From the NCBI GenBank assembly GCA_964595665.1, contig CAZQQS010000006.1, positions 1 through 30,326 of the forward strand: 30,326 bases of DNA, read 5' to 3'. How positions within the stretch are numbered: the first letter of the stretch is position 1; every line of letters starts with the position of its first letter. The DNA comes from an uncultured archaeon (lineage in GTDB: Archaea > Iainarchaeota > Iainarchaeia > Iainarchaeales > 0-14-0-20-30-16). The position numbers and the translations under genes were made by a program. Under the pieces are notes generated by a model, which was not told where the DNA came from, made no database searches, and was given only the letters and a program-made list of their open reading frames with translations. Positions 7,846 to 17,900 of this stretch are shown here, one piece after another.

Positions 7846-10800
7846 ATGATTAGTAGCTATAAGTATTTGCAATTTATTTTATTTTCTATATTGTGTGTTG
7901 GAATTGGATTTAATTTTATTTATTCTGATTCAATAACTAGTTGTATTTCAGATTTGGACTCAACATATTGGGATAAAACGCTATACTTACAAAATGATAT
8001 TAATAATTGGGATGCATATTGTTTTAATTTACAAGATAATTTTGAAGGGCATTTTTTGATTATAGATTTAAATGGGCATAATGTAATTTCTGGAGAAAAT
8101 AGTTCCAATTTTTTATATGTAGATAAAAATATAGATTATGTTTCTATAACAAATGGTGATGTAATTTTAGAAGATTCCAGTTCTGAATTTGTTGTCTTAA
8201 ATGATAATGGGGCAGTAGTAAATAATTTAAATTTCTTAGATTTAAATGTTATTAATGAAGATTATGCTTTTTTAAGAATAAATAGTTTTAATTCTTCAGA
8301 TCTTGATTTAAATTTTTCAGATTCAAATTTTACTTCTACAAAAGAACTTATTTTGATTGTGGATAGTAATATTTCTAATTTAAATATTGTAAATTTAGAT
8401 TTAAATTTGTATAAACCTTCAATAGGTGCCGTTGTAGATTTTATATATTTTAATACTTCTAATATTGGAAATTTAAATATTTTGGATAGTTTTTTTGATA
8501 TTTCACAATCTGGATTTATTTATTATTCAAACACTGATTTAAACTCTATTTCAGTATTAAATACAAACATAATTCATAATAATAATTATTTTATATTATT
8601 GAATTCAGGTTTAAATGAATATTTGGATATTAATTTTTTTAATACTAATTTTGTTTTTGAAGATATTTGTGATTTAGTTGTGTTAAAGTATCCCATAAAT
8701 TTGACTATTAGTAATTTTTATGGAAATCATGATGCCATAACTATTTATAATGCTTATTTATATTTGCATCAAGACAGATCTATAGAATTTACATTAGATG
8801 ATTCAAATATTTTGGTAAATACTTATTTAAATTTATCTGGAAATAATCAAAAAGATTACAATATAGTTTTAAATGACGTTAATTTGTTTTTGAGTGATAA
8901 GTTATTTAGTTATGGGAATCAAGTATTACTTAATTCTTTAAATATTTATAATTTAAATTATGATTCTATTGAAAATAAGACTATATTTCCTTATTTTTAT
9001 GATTTAAATATTTTCACAATAAACAATAGTGATATTAATTTATTAAACTTAACAACAAATCTTATTTATTCTTTTGGAGATATAAATTCAATTTTTTTTA
9101 AAGATAGTAATTTGTATTTAGATAATTCTAATTTAATAAATTTTCCTAATCCAATAAGTTTGAGTTTAACGTTTGATAATGTATTTGCAAATAAATTGAA
9201 TTTTTCAGAATCGGTTTTTAATCTAAATTATTTAGATTCTAACCAGGCTTTTTTTACAATTAAAAATGATTCCGATATAAATGAGATTAATTTTTTGAAT
9301 GTTGATTTTAATTTTAAAAGTATTTTAGATAATATGTTCTATTTCGAGAACTTAAGCGATAGTTATTTAGATTTAAATTTTTATAACTCAAGTATAGATA
9401 TTTATGATGTAAACAATCTATTTTATTTTTTAAATACAAATTTATCTCATGTTGGGATTATAGATTTTAATGTAATTAATAATTCAAATCCTAAAAACAT
9501 AATTTATTTGGAAGATTCAAATATATTTAATTTTACTTTGCAAGATTCTGTTTTGTTTGTAGATTCTGTTTTAAGTGTGGATGAAAACTCTAATTTAGAT
9601 GCTTTAGTATATAATAATATTTTTTATGATTATAATTTAGATAATCCATTTGTGTTTAATTATGGTAATTTAAATATAGATTTTAATACAGCTTTACAAG
9701 AGGATAATACAAAAAGAGAATTAATAATTTCTGATGATTATAATAATATTGGTGGAAATTTATGGTTAGATTCTAATGCAAATTATTCTTGTGTTTATGA
9801 TTATGATGAAGATGGTATTTGTGATTCTAATATGCAAATTTTGTTTTCTGATTTAAGTTATGGTTATGATTATTATCCTTTAATAGAAGATAGTTTTGAT
9901 TTAAATGTTTATGATATTTCTTTGAGTTCTACAAGAGCTGGAGCAATAACTGTAACTTGTAGTTTTGGTAATTTAGGAAAATTGGCTACAGAAGATTATA
10001 ATGTTTTATTTTATGTTAATAATGTTTTACAGAATACGAATAATTTAACAAATTTGTTTTTGCCTCAAGATGTAAATTCAACAACTTTCTCTTGGAGTCC
10101 AAGTACTGGAACATACAGTTTAAAATGTAGTATTGATTCAGATTTATCAGATATTAATGAAAGTAATAATACTTATACAAAAAGTTTTACTATTACTTCT
10201 GGTACAGTTGGTCCAGGTGAAACAAAAACTTATGATTTAAGTTCTAACTTTAGTTTATCTAATACAAATTTATCAAAGAATTCAAACATTATTTTATCAC
10301 CAAGTATCTCTAAATCTGGGACTGCAACATTTGGTAGTGCAGAATATAAAATTTATTTTTATAATGATTCAAATACAAAAGTAGAATTATTTGAATATGA
10401 TTTTTCAGATAGTGGTCTACCTTTAACAAATACTCATACTTTAACTTTAGATAATTTATTATCTTATGGTGAAATCTTAGATTTAGTTAATGCTCAAGGT
10501 AAAATTAATTTATATTTAGAAGTTAGCTCTTCAGATGATACTAAAGCAACAAATAATATTTCTCAGAAATTAATTACTATAGACTATTTAGAAGTTAATT
10601 TATCAGACATTTATTTAAATGGCGAGATTTTGTCTTCTGATTTAAATTTGAATTTAGAAGACGATTATAATTTTACATTTGGGTTGGATTATTTAGTAAT
10701 CAACTCTAATAAAAATGTAACGTTGAATTTTAGAACTAATAAAAGATTAGCTTATACTAAAACAAAATCTATTTCTGGAGTTGTTTTAGAAGAAACTTTT

Positions 10801-11835
10801 TCAGATTCAATTACATTAAATTTATTAGATTTTGTTAATGAAGCTAAAGCTAAAGAATTGATTTTGAATTTATTTAATTTTGATTTAACTAATGAAATTC
10901 ATAGACAAAGATATATGGACATATTAGATGATTTAGGAATAATTTATGATGGGGACTCTTTTGCCGATGAAGAATATTATTTGGAAGTTAATATTTTGGG
11001 ACAAGATTATTCAAATAGTTCAAATAATAAATTAAATATAGGTTTTTATTCGAGTTTTGTTTATGATTCTGAAGATTTAGAATTGGTGGATAAAAATAAA
11101 CCAGTTTCTTCTGTAAATACTGATTCTAAAGAATCTAATGTGCAAGAAAAAATAAATTATTATTTAAAATATAAGTCTGTTATTGGAATAGATGAAAATC
11201 AAATTATATTTTTATATGATGATAAAAATAATTTTGTTTCTAATACAGATGTTATTATAAAATTTAATGATGATTTGTTTTTCTTTAAAACAGATTCTTT
11301 AGGTAATTTATATTATAATCCAGAAAATGTTGGAACATATTTTATAGATGTAAAAAAATTAGGTCTAAAAGGTAGTTTTGAAGTATTAGATGATTATGTA
11401 AGTTCTGATAGCGATTATATTATTTTTGAGAATTCTGTTCTTTTTGGGGAATCCCAAAAAACTAGTATTTTAGTTTATTTTATAATTATATTTGGTATTG
11501 TTGTTTTATCTATTATTGGAGCATACTTTTTTTATCCTCGAAAGCCAAAAACAGAGGGTCATGATTTTATATTAACTGATAACTATTTAAAATCAGAATT
11601 CTTTGAAAAATCACAATTGGAAAAAGATATTATGTTGGCTAAACGGGGAGAAAGAATATTGGAAAAGAAAATCATTAAGAAAGAGTTAGAATTGGCTAAA
11701 AAAGAAGAATCTCTTTTAGAACAAAAAATTTCTAATAATAAAAGATATAGATTTAGAGCAAAAATAATTAAAATTAATAAAGAAGATAAAATCTTAGAAA
11801 ACAAGTTAAAGCAGAAAACAGGCTACGATTTATAA
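7846..11835 (+). CDS. Surface protein A: signal peptide + NosD-like right-handed beta-helix + CARDB-like modules + C-terminal TM anchor + coiled-coil cytoplasmic tail
   Basis: 1329 aa. Signal/anchor MISSYKYLQFILFSILCVGIGFNFIYS, then ITSC..C..IIDLNGHNVISG, a typical start for archaeal NosD-like beta-helix proteins. About 600 aa of degenerate Asn-ladder coils follow. Helix cap IGGNLWLD..YDYDEDGICD..YDYYPL (9748-9882). CARDB-like modules start at ~9898 (VTCSFGNLGKLATEDYNVLFYVNNVL..INESNN). TM helix at 11464-11535, followed by basic PRKPK. The 99-aa K/E-rich tail ends in TGYDL. A TATA-like box at 7816-7827 is centred 25 nt upstream of the ATG. Confidence 0.85.
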   Translation: MISSYKYLQFILFSILCVGIGFNFIYSDSITSCISDLDSTYWDKTLYLQNDINNWDAYCFNLQDNFEGHFLIIDLNGHNVISGENSSNFLYVDKNIDYVSITNGDVILEDSSSEFVVLNDNGAVVNNLNFLDLNVINEDYAFLRINSFNSSDLDLNFSDSNFTSTKELILIVDSNISNLNIVNLDLNLYKPSIGAVVDFIYFNTSNIGNLNILDSFFDISQSGFIYYSNTDLNSISVLNTNIIHNNNYFILLNSGLNEYLDINFFNTNFVFEDICDLVVLKYPINLTISNFYGNHDAITIYNAYLYLHQDRSIEFTLDDSNILVNTYLNLSGNNQKDYNIVLNDVNLFLSDKLFSYGNQVLLNSLNIYNLNYDSIENKTIFPYFYDLNIFTINNSDINLLNLTTNLIYSFGDINSIFFKDSNLYLDNSNLINFPNPISLSLTFDNVFANKLNFSESVFNLNYLDSNQAFFTIKNDSDINEINFLNVDFNFKSILDNMFYFENLSDSYLDLNFYNSSIDIYDVNNLFYFLNTNLSHVGIIDFNVINNSNPKNIIYLEDSNIFNFTLQDSVLFVDSVLSVDENSNLDALVYNNIFYDYNLDNPFVFNYGNLNIDFNTALQEDNTKRELIISDDYNNIGGNLWLDSNANYSCVYDYDEDGICDSNMQILFSDLSYGYDYYPLIEDSFDLNVYDISLSSTRAGAITVTCSFGNLGKLATEDYNVLFYVNNVLQNTNNLTNLFLPQDVNSTTFSWSPSTGTYSLKCSIDSDLSDINESNNTYTKSFTITSGTVGPGETKTYDLSSNFSLSNTNLSKNSNIILSPSISKSGTATFGSAEYKIYFYNDSNTKVELFEYDFSDSGLPLTNTHTLTLDNLLSYGEILDLVNAQGKINLYLEVSSSDDTKATNNISQKLITIDYLEVNLSDIYLNGEILSSDLNLNLEDDYNFTFGLDYLVINSNKNVTLNFRTNKRLAYTKTKSISGVVLEETFSDSITLNLLDFVNEAKAKELILNLFNFDLTNEIHRQRYMDILDDLGIIYDGDSFADEEYYLEVNILGQDYSNSSNNKLNIGFYSSFVYDSEDLELVDKNKPVSSVNTDSKESNVQEKINYYLKYKSVIGIDENQIIFLYDDKNNFVSNTDVIIKFNDDLFFFKTDSLGNLYYNPENVGTYFIDVKKLGLKGSFEVLDDYVSSDSDYIIFENSVLFGESQKTSILVYFIIIFGIVVLSIIGAYFFYPRKPKTEGHDFILTDNYLKSEFFEKSQLEKDIMLAKRGERILEKKIIKKELELAKKEESLLEQKISNNKRYRFRAKIIKINKEDKILENKLKQKTGYDL
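11788..11832 (+). other. Conserved extreme C-terminal cytoplasmic motif KILENKLKQKTGYDL (protein A)
   Basis: The last 15 codons of A align with the last 15 codons of B: 12 of 15 residues identical, and 4 of those use different synonymous codons. Confidence 0.7.
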
Positions 11836-11877
11836 GTAAAAGATAACTTTATAAATAATAAAGTAATTCATTATAAC

Positions 11878-11899
11878 ATATACTTTAATTAAAGTATAT
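11878..11899. promoter_or_regulatory. Perfect 22-nt palindrome atatactttaa|ttaaagtatat between genes A and B, followed by cgggcg and ttttt
   Basis: All 11 base pairs checked by hand. It contains the symmetric TATA-like tttaattaaa (11884-11893), centred 22 nt upstream of ATG 11911. It could be an operator, a promoter element or a terminator hairpin plus oligo-T for gene A. Confidence 0.4.
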
Positions 11900-11910
11900 C
11901 GGGCGTTTTT

Positions 11911-14900
11911 ATGGATTATAAATATTTGTTTTTGATTATATTTGGGTTTTTGTTTTTAAATTTAGTTTCGGCAATAAATATTACAAGTTGTCAAGGTATA
12001 GATTCTAGTTATTTAAACGAAAGTTTAGTTTTACAAAATGATTTGAATGAAAGTGTTCTTGCAGATTATAATGCCTGTTTTTATTTAGAAGATGATTTTT
12101 CTGGTGCTAATTTAACAATAGATTGTAATTTTCATACAATTTCTATAACTGCAAATAATGTTAGTTTAGATGCTGAAATATCTGATATTTTTGCAAATTA
12201 TTGGGAAGAAGAAACAGAAATGGATCCTATAATACATGCATTTTCTTTAGATAGTTTAACTTTTAAAAATTGTAATTTTGATTTAGAAGCTTATGTGTAT
12301 TATGATTCTGAAGATGATGCTAATTATGAATATGGTGTAAGTGTTTTAGAATTATCTGGTGCTGATGGTAATGTTTATGTTAATGAAATAAATATAATAG
12401 ATTCAAATATGTATGTTGAAGGTCAAGGAATTTCTTTTGAAGATTTTATTTTAGATTCTTTAGATATGAATTTTTATGGTTCTTATTTTGAACCTGTAGA
12501 AGTAGACTCGGAATACGAATTAGATTATGAACCTAATTTTATAGATTTGGAAAATGTTTTTTTAGGAACATTAACTATTAATGATTTAACAGATGGTAAT
12601 TTTGATTATATTAATTCTTTTGTAAAAGTTACAAATAAATTAGAAAGGTATGACTATGATTCTTGTAATATTCAAATAGATTCACAAACAGATTTAAATT
12701 TATTAATATTACAAAATGTTTCTTTAGATTTTTTAAATGTTTTTGATATGGAATATTATGCAGATGTATATGGTATTTGTGATCCTATAACTTATGATGA
12801 TTTTTCAGTATTAAGAGATTCTAATTTTCAAATTATTTTTGATAATGTAGATATAAATACTATTGGGTTTAAATATTTAAATTTAAATATAACTGAATAT
12901 GAGAATTTGTCTCCAATATCTTTAGAACCTTTAGTTTTAAATCCAGGTAATGCATTTTTAAAACTAACTAATAATTCAGATATTAACAATATTTTCTTTG
13001 AAGCATCAAATGTAAATTTGAATGCGGGATCATTAGTTTTACTTCAAGATAATAATGATTTAGATTTGATTATGGATTTAAATGATTTAAATATATTTGA
13101 TATCTTAGTAGGGGATACTGGAAATGCAAATATAATTACAAGCTTATATTCAAATTATAATGATGTAACTATTAATAATTTGAATTCTGAAGGTACAAAA
13201 TTAACAATTTTACAAAATATTGATTCTAACTTTAATTATTTTAATGTTTTTGATTCTTATTTTGATACTAAAGCTGCATTATTCTTTTTTGTAGAATATT
13301 ATGATGATTTTTTAGATATTAACTTTTATAATTCTCAAATAATAATTATAAATAATAATCCAATAAGTTTTTATGATGCTGAGGGTCTTTTTAGCAATAG
13401 TATTGATTATTTAGAAATATCTAATTTAGATTTAAATACTGATGAAAATATATTTTCTTTGAATAATACTACTATTGGAGAATTAATATTAACTGATTCA
13501 AATATTTATTTTAATAATTCTTATGCTTCTTTTGGGGATATTGATTCTGATTCAAATATTCAATCAGGATCCATATACAATAATATATTTTCAGCTAATT
13601 TTGAATATGTTGCTTATGCCGATGCAAATAATTTGTTTAATGTGGATTTTAACACTGTTTTAACGGAAGATCAAACAAAAAGATCTGCAATCTTAGATGA
13701 TGATGCTAATTATATTGGTGGTAATTTATATTTGGATGAAAATGGAAATAATGCATTATTTGAAGATTGTACTGAATATTTATATCCGGGAATATTTGAT
13801 TGTTCTTTAGATTTGGGTATGTCTACAGGCGAATCAATTTTTGATTATTATCCTTTGGTAGAATATTCTTTAAATTATTTGCCAGATATATCTGTTTATG
13901 GTTATGATTATTTGTCTGATTTTTTCTTTAATAATGGAAATTTAGATTTTAATGTTTTTTACACAAATTTAGGAAATAGTTCTACAGATATAAATATTTG
14001 GGTATATGTTGTGAAATCTTTAGAGGATTTAAATTTGCAGAAAAACAGCCCACATTTAAAATTAACGTCTTTAGTTACAGTTTTGCCAGATAATAATTAT
14101 AATTCTTTTTTTAGATATTCGGTTCCAGCAGATGTTGTTTGTATGGGTGAAAATTGTGGTGGACCTGGAGCAGGATTATATAGTATATATATTTTAAGCC
14201 TATTAAATAATGAACTATGTACTTTAGATATAGATTCTAATTGTGAAAATAATTATTTGTTTGAAGAAAATATATTTGCATTTTATGATGATGGAAATTA
14301 TTTGTTAGAAATTTATGATATTGATGTAAATCAAAATGTTGAAGGAAATATAAGAGTAGATTGTAATATTATAAATATTGGAGATATTAATTCTAATTTA
14401 GATTATAATGTTTTTTTGGGTTATGGAGATTATAATTATGTGTCTCACGAATATGAATTTGAATTCACTCAAGATAATATTTCAGAAAGCATTTCTGCTT
14501 TTGGTTCAAAAATTGTTTCATTTAACGTTGATGTAAATGCAGAAGATTATAATTTTAGATGTGAAGTTGCTGATTTGGGATACTCTGATGGCCAATACAT
14601 TAAAGAATTTACTTTTAATTCTATTGATTCTAATTCTGCTATAGATTTGGTTGCAGAATCTGTAGATTTAAATAGTTATAATGTTAATTTAGGCGAATAT
14701 ATAGATTTAAATTTTGTGTATTCTAATTTAGGGCCAGATAATGCTACTGATTTTAATTTAATTTGTGGTGTTTATAGCAATGATGTATTTTTGGATAATC
14801 TGTTTAATGAAAACATTTCAGAAAGTTTTTTTGGTACAGATTATTATGTTGTTTCTTTAGTTGGAGATATGGCTGGAAGTTATGATTTTAATTGTTATTT

Positions 14901-17900
14901 AATTTCAAATGTAGAAGCAGATTCAAATATGTTAAATAATTTTTTTACGAGTGATACTTTAACTGTTAGTGAAGGAATAGATTCAAATTATATTGATGTT
15001 TCTATAATTAATGTTGATGTAAATGATGATTATATTGAAATTGGGGATTCTATAAATGTTACTTGTGATTTTAATAATCTAAGTACTTTAGATACTAATT
15101 ATGATTTAAATGCAGAAATATTTGTTGTTGATAGTTGGAGTTTAATCGAAAACCATTCAGGAACATTATTAGAAAATACATCCAGTTCTTGGAGTTTTAG
15201 TGCAACAACAGATTCTTTAAGTGCTGGAGATTATAATTTAAGATGTATTATTGATGCTAATGAAGATATTAATTTAAATAATAATTCAGAAATATTGACT
15301 ATTAGTGTTTATGATGTTCCTGGAGAAAATACTTTTGTAGATTTAAATGCATCTTTATCTAGTTCTTCATATGTAACTAAAGGTAATGTTATTGAAATGA
15401 ATTTAACAATTGCAAATGATGGTAATAAAGCAACAGATTCTAATTATATTATTTATTTTTATACTGATAATGAATTGGAAGAATCTTGTACAATTAATAG
15501 GAATAATGTTTTAGCTCCAAATGATGGTGCAGTATTTGGTTGTGAAATTGATTCTAGTGATATTTCTATTGGGGCACATACTTTAAAAGGAGTAGTAAAT
15601 TATCAAGGAGTAGATAATAATTCAGATAATAATTCGTCAGAAACTTTAATTACTGTTCAATATGTTGATTTAAATGTTTCAAATATGCAAATCTCAGATG
15701 ATAATGTTATATCGGGGGAAACCTTTGACATGAATTTTGTTTTAACAAATTCAGGAGATGCTAATACTGATCAAAATTATATTGTGCAATTCTACTTAGA
15801 TTCAAATGAAATTGAATTTTGTTATCAAAATATTAATTCTGTTTTACCAAATGGTAATAATATAGTTTATACTTGTGATAATGTAGATACAACAGGATTA
15901 ACTTTAGGAGATCATAATTTGATAGGTTTAGTAACTTATTTAGGATACGATGTTAATTCAGAAAATAATTCTAATTTATTAAATATATTAATTACAGAAG
16001 CACCGATAACATATGTTGATTTGAATGCTTATTCTTTAGATTCAAATGTTAGTAGTTTATTATATGGCGAATCTTTAGATATTAATTTTGGATATCAAAA
16101 TGTTGGAAATGCAGATGCTAATGCAGATTATAATATTGTTTATTATATTGATTCTGTAGAAAAAGCTAATTATTTAATTTCAGATAATTTGTTATTTAAT
16201 ACTATTGATTATAATTCTTATGTTTGGGCATCTAATATTTTAGGCGATGTAAATGTTTATGTTTGTATAACTTATTCAGAAACAGAATATTTGGAATTGA
16301 ATAATTGTGTACAAGAAACATATCATGTTTATTATAGAGATATTTCTGTTATAAATGCAGAAGTAATTTCAGATGTGATTTATGGTCAAGATTTAAATAT
16401 TTCAGTAGATTTAAATAATTTGGGAGATTTTAACTCAAATGATGTAAATGTTTATGTTTATGTTTTAGATTCTCAAAATTCAGATAATAATTTAATAAAT
16501 CCTGTAAGTATATTAGATTTTGATGCAAATGATAGTTGGAATATAACTTCTAGTTTTAGTAATTTTAATTTAACACTAAATGATTTAAATATTTTAGTTG
16601 AAGTAATAACTACTGAAACAGATTATAATACTGAGAATCATTCGTCAATTTTATTTGGAAATGTTGCACAAATTTATTATAAAGATTTAAATGTTTATAG
16701 TGTAGAATTTGAAGATATTACTCCTGTTTATGGATCTAATGTGAATTTAGATTTGAATATTGAAAATAATGGTAATTTTGATGCAAATGATGTAACTGTT
16801 TTAGTTTATTTTATTGAGAATTCTAATACTGATAATAATTTTTTATATTCTACAATTGAAGACTTTGCTTTTGGAGAAACTACTACTTTAACTATTACTT
16901 GGGAAGATATAAATATTTTAGATGTAATAGATATTTACGTAGAATTGGAAGTATTAAATGATTATAATGAATTAGATAATAATAGATTATTTTCTACAGC
17001 TGCAACTGTTGGCTATGTTGATTTAAACTCATATATTGAAGTTCCAGATGTGAATGCTGGTTATACAATAGATATCAATTGTATAGTAACTAATTTAGGT
17101 AATTTACCAGCCGATAGTTATACTATTTCATATTATCTAAATGGTATTTTACAAGACTCAAATACATTAACAAATTTGTTAGCAACTGAAAGTTATGCTC
17201 AAACATTTTCTTTTAGTTCTAATGTAAAAGTTGATGACCAAAATCTTGGATGTGTTGTTTCTTTTGATAGTGATTTTAATAATTTAAATGATTCTTATTT
17301 TATAGATAGAAATATAGGTGCAGATAGTGATGTTGATTTAAGTATAGAAGCAATAACATTTACGGGTGCATTAAATACTTTGACAGAAAAAATAATAGAT
17401 TGTAATATTGGTAATGTGGGCTCAGAAAATGCTGAGTTAGATTATAATGTTTTGTTTTATGTCAATAATGTTTTAACTGATTTTAATTTAATTTCAGAAG
17501 ATTTAAACATTAATAATTATAATTTAATAAGTTTTTCATGGACTCCTAAAGTTAATGGCACATATACTTTCAAGTGTTTGGTAGATTATAATGTTAATAA
17601 TTATTTAGGATTCGATCAAAATTTAGATAATGATTATTTGACTACTAATGCAACAATTAATTATGTTGCACCAACAAATAATTCTTCATCAAGCGGAGGT
17701 AGTAATATTTCTGGAACTCCCAAAATAAATGCTGGTAATTCTATTACGTTTATTTATAATCCTTTGAATACTTATAGTAATATTTATTTAGATAGTGTTG
17801 ATTTAGAATTGTATTCTGAGTTTTTAATTAGACCTAATTTGAAATTAAACATTTTTCCAAATATTCCTAATTTATATTTAATTTCTAATCCAGATATTAA

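Noticed and set aside
7920-8108. 62-aa minus-strand ORF inside gene A
   Set aside because: It is antisense to the conserved N-terminal beta-helix start, which has a paralogous match in B. It is likely spurious.
8200-9700. Frequent recurrence of gatttaaat / aatttaaat strings in genes A and B, checked as a CRISPR-like or tandem DNA repeat
   Set aside because: The recurrences are irregularly spaced, lie in one long ORF and encode the D-L-N / N-L-N turns of beta-helix coils. They have no repeat-spacer periodicity.
9994-10029. 36-nt stretch in A matching 17440-17475 in B at 34/36 nt, considered as a gene-conversion tract or a DGR template/variable repeat pair
   Set aside because: It is too short, and the two differences are synonymous (tta/ttg, gtt/gtc) rather than adenine-specific. 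Flanking DNA diverges, and no reverse transcriptase is present. In a genome with such restricted codon choice, 12 identical residues (DYNVLFYVNNVL) give near-identical DNA by default.
11583-11804. 73-aa minus-strand ORF antisense to the tail of gene A
   Set aside because: It is the mirror image of the K/E-rich (aaa/gaa) coiled-coil codons, giving an F/L/S-rich pseudo-protein. The sense-strand tail is conserved with B.
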